From a virus (taxonomy: Duplodnaviria; Caudoviricetes): 27,207 nt of DNA. Below are positions 15,955 through 25,011 of this stretch, piece after piece. The DNA lies in IMG/VR virus record IMGVR_UViG_3300008261_000229, positions 1 through 27,207 of that record; one strand, written 5' to 3'. Under the pieces are notes generated by a model. The model had not been told where the DNA came from, did not search any database, and worked only from the letters and a program-made list of their open reading frames with translations. A program made the position numbers and the translations under genes. Numbering within the stretch: the first letter of the stretch is position 1; every line of letters starts with the position of its first letter.

Positions 15955-16332
15955 CTATAGCTCTATCAAGTTAAATTTTACATCGATATAGCGGGGCACG
16001 CCATTCACAAAATCTAAGATTCCGGTATTTCGATCCCCACAGTAAAACTGTGCTTGTCGGATCGTGTCCGTCTGTGGATCTGTGTACTTTACCCAAAACT
16101 TAACATAGGACACCGCCGTTAAGACGGTGGCCATTTGCTGTTTGGTCAAAAAGGAATAGCTAAGTTCAAGTTTCTGTTTTGTGGCAATGCGCTCGATAAT
16201 CATTTTTCCGTTGGCGTTCCGTTCCGCTTTGCTCAGATCCATGACCCCGACACTCATTGAAGTCGGTGTGACCAGTGCCACAAAGTCATTCGCCGTCGGG
16301 TTCGCTACATTCGTCGTGCTAATAACCGGCAT
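15955..16332 (-). CDS. putative distal tail protein (DUF6711-like)
   Basis: DLSKAERNANGKMIIERIATK...FYCGDR...VKFNLIE, directly after the tape measure. Confidence 0.75.
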   Translation of the reverse strand: MPVISTTNVANPTANDFVALVTPTSMSVGVMDLSKAERNANGKMIIERIATKQKLELSYSFLTKQQMATVLTAVSYVKFWVKYTDPQTDTIRQAQFYCGDRNTGILDFVNGVPRYIDVKFNLIEL

Positions 16333-16343
16333 AGCCGCACCTC

Positions 16344-18807
16344 CTATGTGATACTCAGGACGCTCGTACCGATCCGTCCTGCTTCTTTGGTCGTGTATGG
16401 GTTGATGGCACGGGCCAATACGTTACCGTCAATCTTGATAACAATGTCTCTGTTGTCGGATCGGGCACCACTGTTCATCTGCATTGCGGAGTTCACCGCC
16501 GTGCCAAGTGCGGAAGCCAAACGATCCACAAAGGACGTGTTCTCCAGCGGCACAATCATCTCTGGTCCCGCTTCCCCCACCATCGCCATGGTCGGACCAT
16601 TAACGATTCCACCACGGGCAAGTTTTGGGATTTCATTTAGTTGAAATCCAATTTTCTTACCGCCAAATTCCGGAACCCAGCCCGGCAGTTCGAGTGCCCA
16701 TACCGAGTTGGCTTTTCTTACTAGATAATTTATGGCATCGATCATCATATTAAGTGGAAACTTAAAGGCATTTCCTATCGCTTCAAAAATACTAATTGTC
16801 ATATCTTTAATTCCCTCAAAGGCTTTTTTCCAATCAGCAGTAAATACACCAGTAATAAAAGTTAAAAAACCTTTGAAAAATTTTGTAACGCTTCCAATAA
16901 CCTCTTTGGCACTTGTTCCGAAGTTTGTAAATGCTGACGTAAATGGACCAGCAAAAAACGACCCAACTTTTTTTGCAAGCTCCCAAAGTGCTTGTACTGC
17001 TAAACGAACTGTTCCCGCCAGAATCAAAAAGACGTACTTAAATGCCGTACCCAGTGCTCCAAGTATTTTGACTATTACGTTGAATACTGCCGAAAGCGCT
17101 TCGAATGCCGGTGTAAAAAGCGTAGTCAACATGGTATAAATCGGTAGCAAAATATTTTTCCAAAGAATAGAAGCCACAAAAGAAAGCCCCTTAAATGCAG
17201 CTACCAACATTTCTCCAATTACCATTGCCAGTGGCCCTAACGCCATATCATAAAACATCTGTAGAAAATCACCGAATGGGACAAAAACATTTTCATATAG
17301 CCACGTTACTGCAGCAATAACACCTTTCCACGCCGACAACCACGCACCGACAAGAAACTCTCCGACGGGCACTAATATGTTGTTCCACAGGTCAGCCATG
17401 ACCGTGCCGAATGCAGAAAAAGCATTTGATAGAACTGGCCCTGCTTCGGCAGCAAAAGGGACGACATAGCTATTGTAAAAATCCGTAAGGTAAGCCCCTA
17501 AATTTGTAAACGTTTGATTTACTGCAGTGCTAAATTCTTCATTTGTCCGGTAAAGGTAGGTGAACACTCCCGCAAGAGCAGAAAGCGCAATGATAACAAG
17601 TCCGATAGGTGTGACCAGAAAAGCAAGGAACGTGCCGACGGCTGCCAGTGCTGTCTTTATGTTTGCAAAAAATGCTGCAATGACCGAAGTTTTACCTGCG
17701 GACGCAAAGGTTAAAGATAAGCCTACGGCCGCGACTCCGATCGCCGCCAATCCCGCCACGATAATGTCTTTATTTTCTGACACCACTTGGGACATAGAGG
17801 TAAGTGCGTCTCTAACGGCCTGTGCCATTTCTGACGCTTTGGTTTTTACTTCCTCCGCACTCTCAACAAAAGGACTTTTAAGTTGCGGATCACCCATACC
17901 ATTGTTTGTTTCTGACAATCCTGCGCCTTTGTCCGGTTCAGGTACAGTATTGATTTCGTCAAAACCAGCTAAAAAACCTTTTAGTTTTTTACTGGAGTCG
18001 GCGGCATCATTCCCGATATTTTGAATGCTGCTTCCTGTATTATCTAGTTTTTTAATTGTCGCTTGTGATTTTGTTACTCCGAAAAGCGTGCGGCTAAATT
18101 CCGCAACAAACGCCATTGCTTCGGTCATCTTGCGAGTAAAAGCAGTTAGGTAAGGGAGAACAACATTGACGATGGGAAGAAAAGCATTTCCAAGCTCTAA
18201 CCGAAGATCTTTCAGTGATGCAGAAAACTGATTGATTCGGAAACCTGTGTTTTTGAATACTTCCTCGCCGAACTTTTTCTGCACTTGTTCCAAAATCGCA
18301 TAATGTCGGATCTGTTGTTGTAATCGAAACTCTAACTGATTCCATGACTTGCCGTTCGCAAAACGTTTCATTGCGTCTGATGCTTCGATCATGTTGATGT
18401 AAACCGTGATACCCAGATCCTCTACGGCTTCTGTGTTACCAAGCAAACCGGAGCGAATACGGAACATGACATCTTCCATCGTTCGGCCGGTTGCCGAAGA
18501 TACAATGGCAGACGCTTTCATAAGCTCCACCGTAGTTTCCATTGTTTCTTCGGTGGACTTGGTAAAAATACTGGTCAGGTTTGCATAGGTACGTCCATAG
18601 TCCAAGGCTTCGGAACGGGACATACCAAGTGGCTGTGCCGATCCCAAGTGTTAGTACAGTACCGGTTAGAGCAGCCCCAATCTGCGTCATTTGATTTTGA
18701 ACGAACGTATTAAAGCCCGTGATTTCTTTTCGCGCTCTGTACAGTGATTGTTTTATTCCAGATACGTCCGCACCGACGCGCAAAATTAAGTTTTGGAAAG
18801 ATGACAT
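16344..18807 (-). pseudogene. tape measure protein, split by a frameshift near 18630 (real lesion or sequence error)
   Basis: GGGGGTG RBS and ATG at 18807 give MSSFQNLILRVGADVS, a TMP-like N-terminus; the body (SGLLGNTEAVEDLGI, aromatic amphipathic repeats, IPKLARGGIV.GPT.AMVGEAGPE) is in another frame, 16344..18647. Confidence 0.8.
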
Positions 18808-18819
18808 ATGTTCACCCCC

Positions 18820-19152
18820 TTAGTAAATCTCCCCGCCGAGTTGCGCATTCATTTCTTTCAGTTTGCTTAATAAGGCACTGGCTTGTTCTGCCGCCCTAGG
18901 TTTTTCTTTTGGACTGAGTAGCTCTTGGAGTTTCGGCATCTTTTTGACTCGGTTGTAGTACGCTGATAGGTACGCAGTCGTAATGATTTCATCGTGGTTC
19001 TGCTTTTGCTTTCGATTGTACACTTCGACTTTCATGCCGATCTCAGCGGGAGTACTGTCGTAGTACTCCGCCGCAGTCATGCCGATTTCAAAAGCCACTT
19101 CCTTGTATCGGTCAAGCTCTGAACCCGCTTGCTCCGATTCTGTTACTTTCCC
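18820..19152 (-). CDS. tail assembly chaperone, frameshifted C-terminal part (gpT equivalent)
   Basis: The -1 frame is open from the GGGAAAG site into track ORF 18820..19098; TPAEI motif. Confidence 0.8.
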   Translation of the reverse strand, partial: GKVTESEQAGSELDRYKEVAFEIGMTAAEYYDSTPAEIGMKVEVYNRKQKQNHDEIITTAYLSAYYNRVKKMPKLQELLSPKEKPRAAEQASALLSKLKEMNAQLGGEIY

Positions 19153-19442
19153 TTTTCACCTTTGCCGGTTTTTGTGCCAAATGCTTCGGTAAAGGCTTGG
19201 CCCATTGCCGCTGTGATTTCAACAAGGCTGGAATGCTCGTCAATCAGATCCATGACCTTGTCAGGTGTTAAGTCTGGATCTTCGTGCATAAATCCACAGC
19301 AAATAATGGTCGCCAAATGCAACTGCGTCAAATTGTCAAAATCCAATTTTGAAACCGGAACACCCAGTAAACCTTCGATGCGAGATAATGCTTTCATGCC
19401 GTAGCGAAACGAACGAATTTTGTCCAATTGAACAGATACCAT
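19143..19442 (-). CDS. tail assembly chaperone (gpG equivalent)
   Basis: GAGGGG RBS, ATG at 19442; LDKIRSFRYGMKAL..IE...HEDPDLTPDKVMDLIDE; between major tail and TMP. Confidence 0.85.
   Translation of the reverse strand: MVSVQLDKIRSFRYGMKALSRIEGLLGVPVSKLDFDNLTQLHLATIICCGFMHEDPDLTPDKVMDLIDEHSSLVEITAAMGQAFTEAFGTKTGKGEKGK
19146..19152 (-). promoter_or_regulatory. programmed -1 ribosomal frameshift slippery site G GGA AAG
   Basis: AAG GGA AAG TAA; same heptamer as the lambda G-T site; -1 frame continues without a stop. Confidence 0.88.
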
Positions 19443-19470
19443 AATGATTCCCCTCTCAGATGGTCGATAG

Positions 19471-19509
19471 AACAAAAGCCCCAATCGCTTCGAACGTTTG
19501 GGGCTTTTG
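19471..19509 (-). terminator. intrinsic terminator after the major tail gene, possibly bidirectional
   Basis: CAAAAGCCCCAAACG-TTCGAAG-CGATTGGGGCTTTTGTT. Confidence 0.8.
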
Positions 19510-19517
19510 CGTGTTTA

Positions 19518-20225
19518 TTAAGTCGTGCGCACTGCGATAACCTCATAGTATTTAGCTGCTTTGCCCGCTTCGAATACCACAACGTCAAGTTTTTTCGATT
19601 GTCCTGCTGCAAAAGCGATTGCCGCAGAAGGTGAACCGCTGGTCAATGTTTGCGACAATGCACCGTCAACAAACAATTGGATGGTGTGGTTCGCTGCTGT
19701 CACAGTCAACGTGACCGAAGCCGCTGTTGTGAATGTGAAAGCATAGTTGCCAACACCGTTCGCAAAAGTTGGTGCGAACACTGGGGACGTGCCACCAGTA
19801 AAGCTCAATGCCGAAGCACCAGCAGAAGCAGTGATTCCAAGTGCTGGTGTGCCTGATACTTTCAGTGTTGCTTCAAAGCTGATCGCATCTTCCATCGAAG
19901 CGCCGGTTGTGAATTTCGTAACAACCGCCGAGAAATCCCATTGTGCCGTAAGTGGCGAAGGGAATACGATGGAGTACGTCAGTACCGTACCAGCAATCAA
20001 TGAGTCGTACAGTGCTTTTTGTCCAAGTGTGTCACTCGGTACGAAAAAGCCCGTGATGCTGATCTCGCCAGCGTCTTTCATGCCGCCGATAAATTGTCTC
20101 CAGCTTGAATCAAGTGTGGATACTTCAATCGTGTCTTGCGCGATGTCCATACCGCCGATTTCAGTCAGCTCGGCAATGGCGTTCAAGCCGATGCGAAGTT
20201 TCGTTCCCATTGCTGCGTTTGCCAC
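19518..20225 (-). CDS. major tail (tube) protein with C-terminal Ig/cadherin-like extension
   Basis: TIEVSTLDS...FIGGMKDAGEISITG...FEATLKVSGTP tube domain, then about 100 aa of beta-sandwich-like sequence; GTG start after AAGGAG. Confidence 0.9.
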   Translation of the reverse strand: MANAAMGTKLRIGLNAIAELTEIGGMDIAQDTIEVSTLDSSWRQFIGGMKDAGEISITGFFVPSDTLGQKALYDSLIAGTVLTYSIVFPSPLTAQWDFSAVVTKFTTGASMEDAISFEATLKVSGTPALGITASAGASALSFTGGTSPVFAPTFANGVGNYAFTFTTAASVTLTVTAANHTIQLFVDGALSQTLTSGSPSAAIAFAAGQSKKLDVVVFEAGKAAKYYEVIAVRTT

Positions 20226-20237
20226 TATAATCACTCC

Positions 20238-20618
20238 TTAGAAATAGAATTTTACTTCAACATTCATCCTGTGCCAGTCCATCTGCCGTTCGTAGTTTTC
20301 AACCACATCTTCAATCCGCATGTTTTGGACAAACGGACCGTTGGTGCCTATGTTCCGACCGACGAACGATTGTAGCAGAGTGACTAGACTTGTGTAGTTC
20401 TGTTGCAAGCTGGCATAAGTCGGCGCTAAGATGTCGAACTCATAGAAACCATCTCGCAAAAACTGTGTACCGTCCAATGTTTTCACATAGTCGGTACGGT
20501 ATTTCTGATAGACGATGAAAGGTGGCTTGGTGCCCTCCGTAGCGAATTGCGGGAACACCTTATTTGCTAAGCCGGGTAGTGTTGCCAATTCCGCTCGGAG
20601 CGCTTGTTCAAAGTCCAT
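20238..20618 (-). CDS. tail completion/terminator protein (DUF3168-like)
   Basis: ATG at 20618: MDFEQALRAEL...KVFP...PPFIVY...KTLDG; synteny. Confidence 0.82.
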   Translation of the reverse strand: MDFEQALRAELATLPGLANKVFPQFATEGTKPPFIVYQKYRTDYVKTLDGTQFLRDGFYEFDILAPTYASLQQNYTSLVTLLQSFVGRNIGTNGPFVQNMRIEDVVENYERQMDWHRMNVEVKFYF

Positions 20619-20631
20619 GTCACCACACCAC

Positions 20632-21141
20632 TTATCGATTGAATTTTTTCTTAATGAGGATGACCAATTGTCGGTCCAGTTCATCGTACATTATTTGGCT
20701 TGTTCGTTCTCGGTTGTCTGCGACGGCACGTTTCATGAAAAATTTGCCGGGGATCTTTCTGCCGTTTACCGCACGCCAACCAAACTCTTGGCTGGCTGGG
20801 TAATAGGCAGATGGATTCGCTTTTTGACCCGCGAGTAGTTTTGCCCGTGCTTCGGCGTTGAACTTTTGAAAGATATGGTTCATGGAGCGTGCAAAAACGA
20901 CCATGTAGACCTTTTTACCTTTCTTGGTTGTGCGCTCCCCATAAATCCGTATCCCTTTTTTAAGGTTCCCCAGATCCACAGGGGCTTCTGCTTTTGCACG
21001 CCGTTGCGTAAAGGTTGCACCTTTTCGGGCAGCTCGTTGCACGGATCGTTGCGACATTTCGCCCAACTGCGCAAATTTATCCGCTATCTTCTTTGCGTCA
21101 TCAAGTTTGAAGGTTGCTTTCATCAGAGGTTTACTCATCAC
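20632..21141 (-). CDS. HK97 gp10-family tail component
   Basis: AKAEAPVDLGNLKKGI...YYPASQEFG...IPGKFFMKRA. Confidence 0.85.
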   Translation of the reverse strand: MMSKPLMKATFKLDDAKKIADKFAQLGEMSQRSVQRAARKGATFTQRRAKAEAPVDLGNLKKGIRIYGERTTKKGKKVYMVVFARSMNHIFQKFNAEARAKLLAGQKANPSAYYPASQEFGWRAVNGRKIPGKFFMKRAVADNRERTSQIMYDELDRQLVILIKKKFNR

Positions 21142-21315
21142 GCTTCAACTCGCTTGCAGTAGAATAGCCATTCATGATTCAAGTTTTTGACATTAACAGC
21201 AGACAAAATTTCAGTTGTACGGAAAACTAGACAGGGACGGATACAGCGATGATGCAGGTACCAAGGAATGTAATCTGGTACGGAACGTGATCTTAGAGCG
21301 CATATCAGCTCGCAT
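21138..21315 (-). pseudogene. head-tail adaptor / head closure protein (SPP1 gp16-like), internally deleted and frameshifted
   Basis: GGAGGG RBS, start MRADMRSKITF and end EILSAVNVKNLNHEWLFYCKRVEA* are adaptor-like but in different frames; only 178 nt. Confidence 0.7.
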
Positions 21316-21327
21316 AATTAGCCCTCC

Positions 21328-21618
21328 CTACGGCGCGACCGTGAAGTCCTCGCTCAATGTCAGGTGGCGTTTTAAGGTGTCGTAAGCGGTCTGGAAGCGA
21401 ACAGCTTCGGGGTTATCCCACCCAAAATGCGTCTTTGAGTAAAGAATGATCGCACGTTTGACTAACGCATTGTTATCCACATTAGCGATTGAACTTAGCA
21501 CACCCGACAAGATAAGATCCTGCCGGGCTGCGCTAATCAGGTCACTAACTTCGGTATCAAGATCGGTACCGGACAAGCGCAATGCGTCCTTTACGTCGTC
21601 AAGCATTGCCATTGTCAC
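21328..21618 (-). CDS. head-tail connector (HK97 gp6 / SPP1 gp15-like)
   Basis: MLDDVKDALRL...D.EVSDLISAARQDL...KRAIILYSKTHFG. Confidence 0.88.
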   Translation of the reverse strand: MTMAMLDDVKDALRLSGTDLDTEVSDLISAARQDLILSGVLSSIANVDNNALVKRAIILYSKTHFGWDNPEAVRFQTAYDTLKRHLTLSEDFTVAP

Positions 21619-21630
21619 TCACCACCTAAA

Positions 21631-22812
21631 TTATAGACCAGTTTTGGAGATTTTCACGAATGCTTCTGCCAATGCCACTTTACCGTCTGCAACAGCCATA
21701 CCACGGTAAACTGTTTTGCCTGAGATGAATGCAGCTTCACGGCTGGATTCGATAGCAACTGGAGCAGCATTGTTCCATTTGTAGTAGTTCAGGTCGCCGA
21801 GCAAAATCACATCATCAGCAATGTAGTCGTCAACCAATACTGGGTAACCCAAGATGGAGAATTTCACGCCGTCTTGTGGGTTGTAAGTCATCAATGGTGT
21901 TCCGTCTGTTGCTTTGATTTTTTTGATACCGGACCAGAACGTTTTACGGCTCATTACGAATACTGCATTTTGGTGGTACAGTGTTGGCAACAAAGCCAAA
22001 CCATCAACGATGTTATCATACGAAACAACGCTGTTTGCCAACCAGTTAATCATGTTAGTGTTTGCAGTCCAAGTAATACCAGTCAAGATCCCTTGTGGTT
22101 GGTCATTTGCAGAACCAGTACCATTCAAGATTGCATTTTCGAATGCAATAGCCAATTGGCGAGCGATTTCGTCCACGATGTAGGACTCCAAAGCGTCGAT
22201 TGTCATTGCGTTTGCTTTTGCGGAAATCTCTACCAGCTTGATGATTTCGTTACCGCCGAGTGTCACGGAAGTTACGGTGTCATCAGCAGCAGTGCCGTTT
22301 GTTCCTTCTGCTTTCCATGCAGCAGCGTTTTTCGCGTTAGCAACAACCAATGTTACGTTGCCCGCTACGTTTACTACGCCAATGCGTGGGTACAAGATGG
22401 AGTACTGACGCAATTTGTCGATGATTTGGTTTTGTGTGATTGTCGGAACTGCTGCACCAACTGAGTTTGCTGCTGTAGTCAATGTGCGTTTTTCAACGTC
22501 ATTCAACTCTTTACCTTGAAGGTTTTTGAAATATGCACTGCGGTACTCTGCGGAAGCCAATACTTCCTCGATTTTCAAAGTTTCTACGGACATTTTGCGT
22601 TCCTCCTTAACTTGTGGGATTTCGATTTTTTTGCCTGTCAACATACCGTCGCTCAGGTCTTTTTGTACTTGCATACGTTGTTCGATCTTGGATTTTTCAT
22701 CAGCAAGGGAGCGAAGTTCAGTTTGAACCGCTTCCATATCGATTTCGTCTTCCCCGCCCAACATCGCGTGGATCTCTTGGGCACGTTGCTCGATTTCAGC
22801 TAAACGCTTCAT
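21631..22812 (-). CDS. HK97-fold major capsid protein with N-terminal scaffold (delta) domain
   Basis: Coiled-coil N-terminus, EYRSAYFK, AVPT...IIDKL, ILNGTG...QPQGIL, ILGYPV, LLGDL. Confidence 0.93.
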   Translation of the reverse strand: MKRLAEIEQRAQEIHAMLGGEDEIDMEAVQTELRSLADEKSKIEQRMQVQKDLSDGMLTGKKIEIPQVKEERKMSVETLKIEEVLASAEYRSAYFKNLQGKELNDVEKRTLTTAANSVGAAVPTITQNQIIDKLRQYSILYPRIGVVNVAGNVTLVVANAKNAAAWKAEGTNGTAADDTVTSVTLGGNEIIKLVEISAKANAMTIDALESYIVDEIARQLAIAFENAILNGTGSANDQPQGILTGITWTANTNMINWLANSVVSYDNIVDGLALLPTLYHQNAVFVMSRKTFWSGIKKIKATDGTPLMTYNPQDGVKFSILGYPVLVDDYIADDVILLGDLNYYKWNNAAPVAIESSREAAFISGKTVYRGMAVADGKVALAEAFVKISKTGL

Positions 22813-23779
22813 AGTCCTTCATACCTCCAATAATAAATGATTGTAGTTGTAGTCGCTTCCGCCGCTCAGTGTCCACTTTGCGTTCCATTTCGGCCTCCGC
22901 CTCAAAGAAACTGCGTGCTGCGATACTTGTCGTTTGATATGCAGGAACGGACACCGCCGAAACGTCAATCAAACGTTTGATGCCTTTGATCTTTCTGGTG
23001 CGGGTTTCTCTATCGTATTCATTATCACTAGCAATAAATGAAAACGACATTTTATCAACATAGCCACCACGAATTTCTTCGTAGAGCTTGCGACCTTCTT
23101 CGGTACCGCTCAGGTCGGCACGGATATACAATCCACGGTCATCCACCATCAGTTCGAGGGTTTTGTTCCGTGTACGCGCCATGACTTTGCCTGTATGGTC
23201 ATAGTTGAAGATGACATCAGACATATCAGCGTTGGCCAATGCGCCGCGACTGATTAGCTCACGGTATTGAACCCCCTGTGATTCAAATAATACGGTAGAA
23301 TCTTCAAAAGTTAAAGCATAACCTTCGACAAACATACCATTTTTTCCTTCTTCTTGCGCAGTACGGATTTCAAAAGATTCGAAACGGCGGTATTCCCGTT
23401 CTTTTCTCTTTTCGTCCACTTTTTTCTTTTCGTCTTCGATTAGGTTTTTCATGTACTCAACTCCCCTCGATCCGATCATGTGCCACTTTACTTGGGCAAT
23501 GACCCCGGCGATATTTTTGTTTTCGTAATGGCGTGCGCTCCACGCTTCACGCATCCGAATGATCTTTTCTTCGTTGGCGGATAACTCGCCGCCATTCTTG
23601 CGAACGTCCAATAAAACACGGTATGTGTCGTTTCCCTGTATGTTCCCACCCTTTGACCAGATCGAAGGGTAGTTCTCTTTCAGGTTCTCTGCGTAGCCCA
23701 GTGGAAACAGTTTGTACTCGCTATTCGCTAGGCTGACTGTCTTGTCCCCGCCCTGTTTGGGAAAGTTCGTCACTGGCAT
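22796..23779 (-). CDS. HK97-family prohead protease with an extra N-terminal domain of about 125 aa
   Basis: VEGYA..F, E.ISRGAL, FNYDH, MART, D.RGL, KMSFSF, DVSAVSVPAY..TSI.AR; ATG at 23779 after GGAGGTG. Confidence 0.9.
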   Translation of the reverse strand: MPVTNFPKQGGDKTVSLANSEYKLFPLGYAENLKENYPSIWSKGGNIQGNDTYRVLLDVRKNGGELSANEEKIIRMREAWSARHYENKNIAGVIAQVKWHMIGSRGVEYMKNLIEDEKKKVDEKRKEREYRRFESFEIRTAQEEGKNGMFVEGYALTFEDSTVLFESQGVQYRELISRGALANADMSDVIFNYDHTGKVMARTRNKTLELMVDDRGLYIRADLSGTEEGRKLYEEIRGGYVDKMSFSFIASDNEYDRETRTRKIKGIKRLIDVSAVSVPAYQTTSIAARSFFEAEAEMERKVDTERRKRLQLQSFIIGGMKDYEAFS

Positions 23780-25007
23780 CGTCAGAGTCACCTCCGTTTG
23801 GTTGTGGTTTCTCACCGAGCTGATATTGGTCGGCTTTGTCCGCATTGACTACGTTAAGCGTCTGCACGCGAATGTCTCCACCCTCAACCGGTTCCGCTTC
23901 CCAAACCTCACGGATTTCGTTGATCGTAAAGATACCAAGCGGCAGTAATTCTTTGGAAATGGTGATTTTGGTTTCATTCGATGCGTAAAGCAGACGACTC
24001 GCCGAGAAAACAATTTCATTGCCAAAACCACGTTCTCGCGCAGTAAACAGTTTAGATGTCATTTCCAGTGACAACTGCAAGGCAAAAGGCTCAATCACAG
24101 AACTATAGAAAGAGTTCCATTGGTCCTCGGTGTAGTCTGATTTCACAATGGCTTCGGACACACCGTAATATTTGTAGACTTTGTCTTGAATAAATTTCAT
24201 GTGTTCTGGGTCAACCATTTTCGGATCGTTTTTCAATTCGATGTAATCCGCTTTTGCATCGGTTGCGGCAATACCGCCGTTGTTGGTAATATCTAGGTAG
24301 TCCTTAACGAATGCGTCCCGTTGGGCAATCATGTCGTCCTTTTTTAACATGGACTGGAATTTCAGCAATCCACGCAAAAAAGCAGAGGACTTGATTGCGT
24401 TGATAAGACCTTCGTTCGTCGTGTTAATCAGTTCAAGCGTCGGCAAGATCGCATTCTCATTTGGTTCGCCAAACAAGTCATTTCTATAAAAGAAGCGTCG
24501 AAGGTGAAGTACTTGCGAATACGGCACCGTTAACAGTTCGCCACCCATAAAGCGGAAACGGCAATAGACTTCCTTTTGCGTTTCCACAAATTCAACCTGC
24601 GAAAAGTTAAGTGGGTAGAAACCGACAATGTTGCCGAGACTGTCCGTATCCACAAAAATGAACGCATTATTTTTCATGAAATACTGCGTCGCCACACGAT
24701 ACCAGCAAGTGTATGCGTCCATCCATTCGTTCGGACGCACCGAAAGAAGATAGTCTAGGTTAGACTGGGCGTTCTGAACTCGTCCATTCACCCGACGAAT
24801 GTGCTTCCCTTTCAGCTTTGCTGTGTTGCGTGCGATTGCATCAACGGCGCTACGAACGATGTCCGAATCATAGGCATTAGAGCCGAAGTCGGTAAAGACC
24901 GGCACATGCCCATTTAGCATTTTCATCATTGTGGCTTCTTTAGGCCCAGCAGACGGCTTACCGAAAAGCCTTGTAAACAGTGACCGTTTTTCCTGCAATC
25001 CATTCAC
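23721..25007 (-). CDS. HK97-family portal protein
   Basis: VRSAVDAIA, LLSVRPNEWM, NNAFI, VLHLR, FTINEIRE...PVEGGD; start GTG 25007 or TTG 24998. Confidence 0.93.
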   Translation of the reverse strand: MNGLQEKRSLFTRLFGKPSAGPKEATMMKMLNGHVPVFTDFGSNAYDSDIVRSAVDAIARNTAKLKGKHIRRVNGRVQNAQSNLDYLLSVRPNEWMDAYTCWYRVATQYFMKNNAFIFVDTDSLGNIVGFYPLNFSQVEFVETQKEVYCRFRFMGGELLTVPYSQVLHLRRFFYRNDLFGEPNENAILPTLELINTTNEGLINAIKSSAFLRGLLKFQSMLKKDDMIAQRDAFVKDYLDITNNGGIAATDAKADYIELKNDPKMVDPEHMKFIQDKVYKYYGVSEAIVKSDYTEDQWNSFYSSVIEPFALQLSLEMTSKLFTARERGFGNEIVFSASRLLYASNETKITISKELLPLGIFTINEIREVWEAEPVEGGDIRVQTLNVVNADKADQYQLGEKPQPNGGDSDDASDELSQTGRGQDSQPSE

Positions 25008-25011
25008 CTCC

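Noticed and set aside
18436-18807. Independent 123-aa gene
   Set aside because: It is the tape measure N-terminus running out of frame
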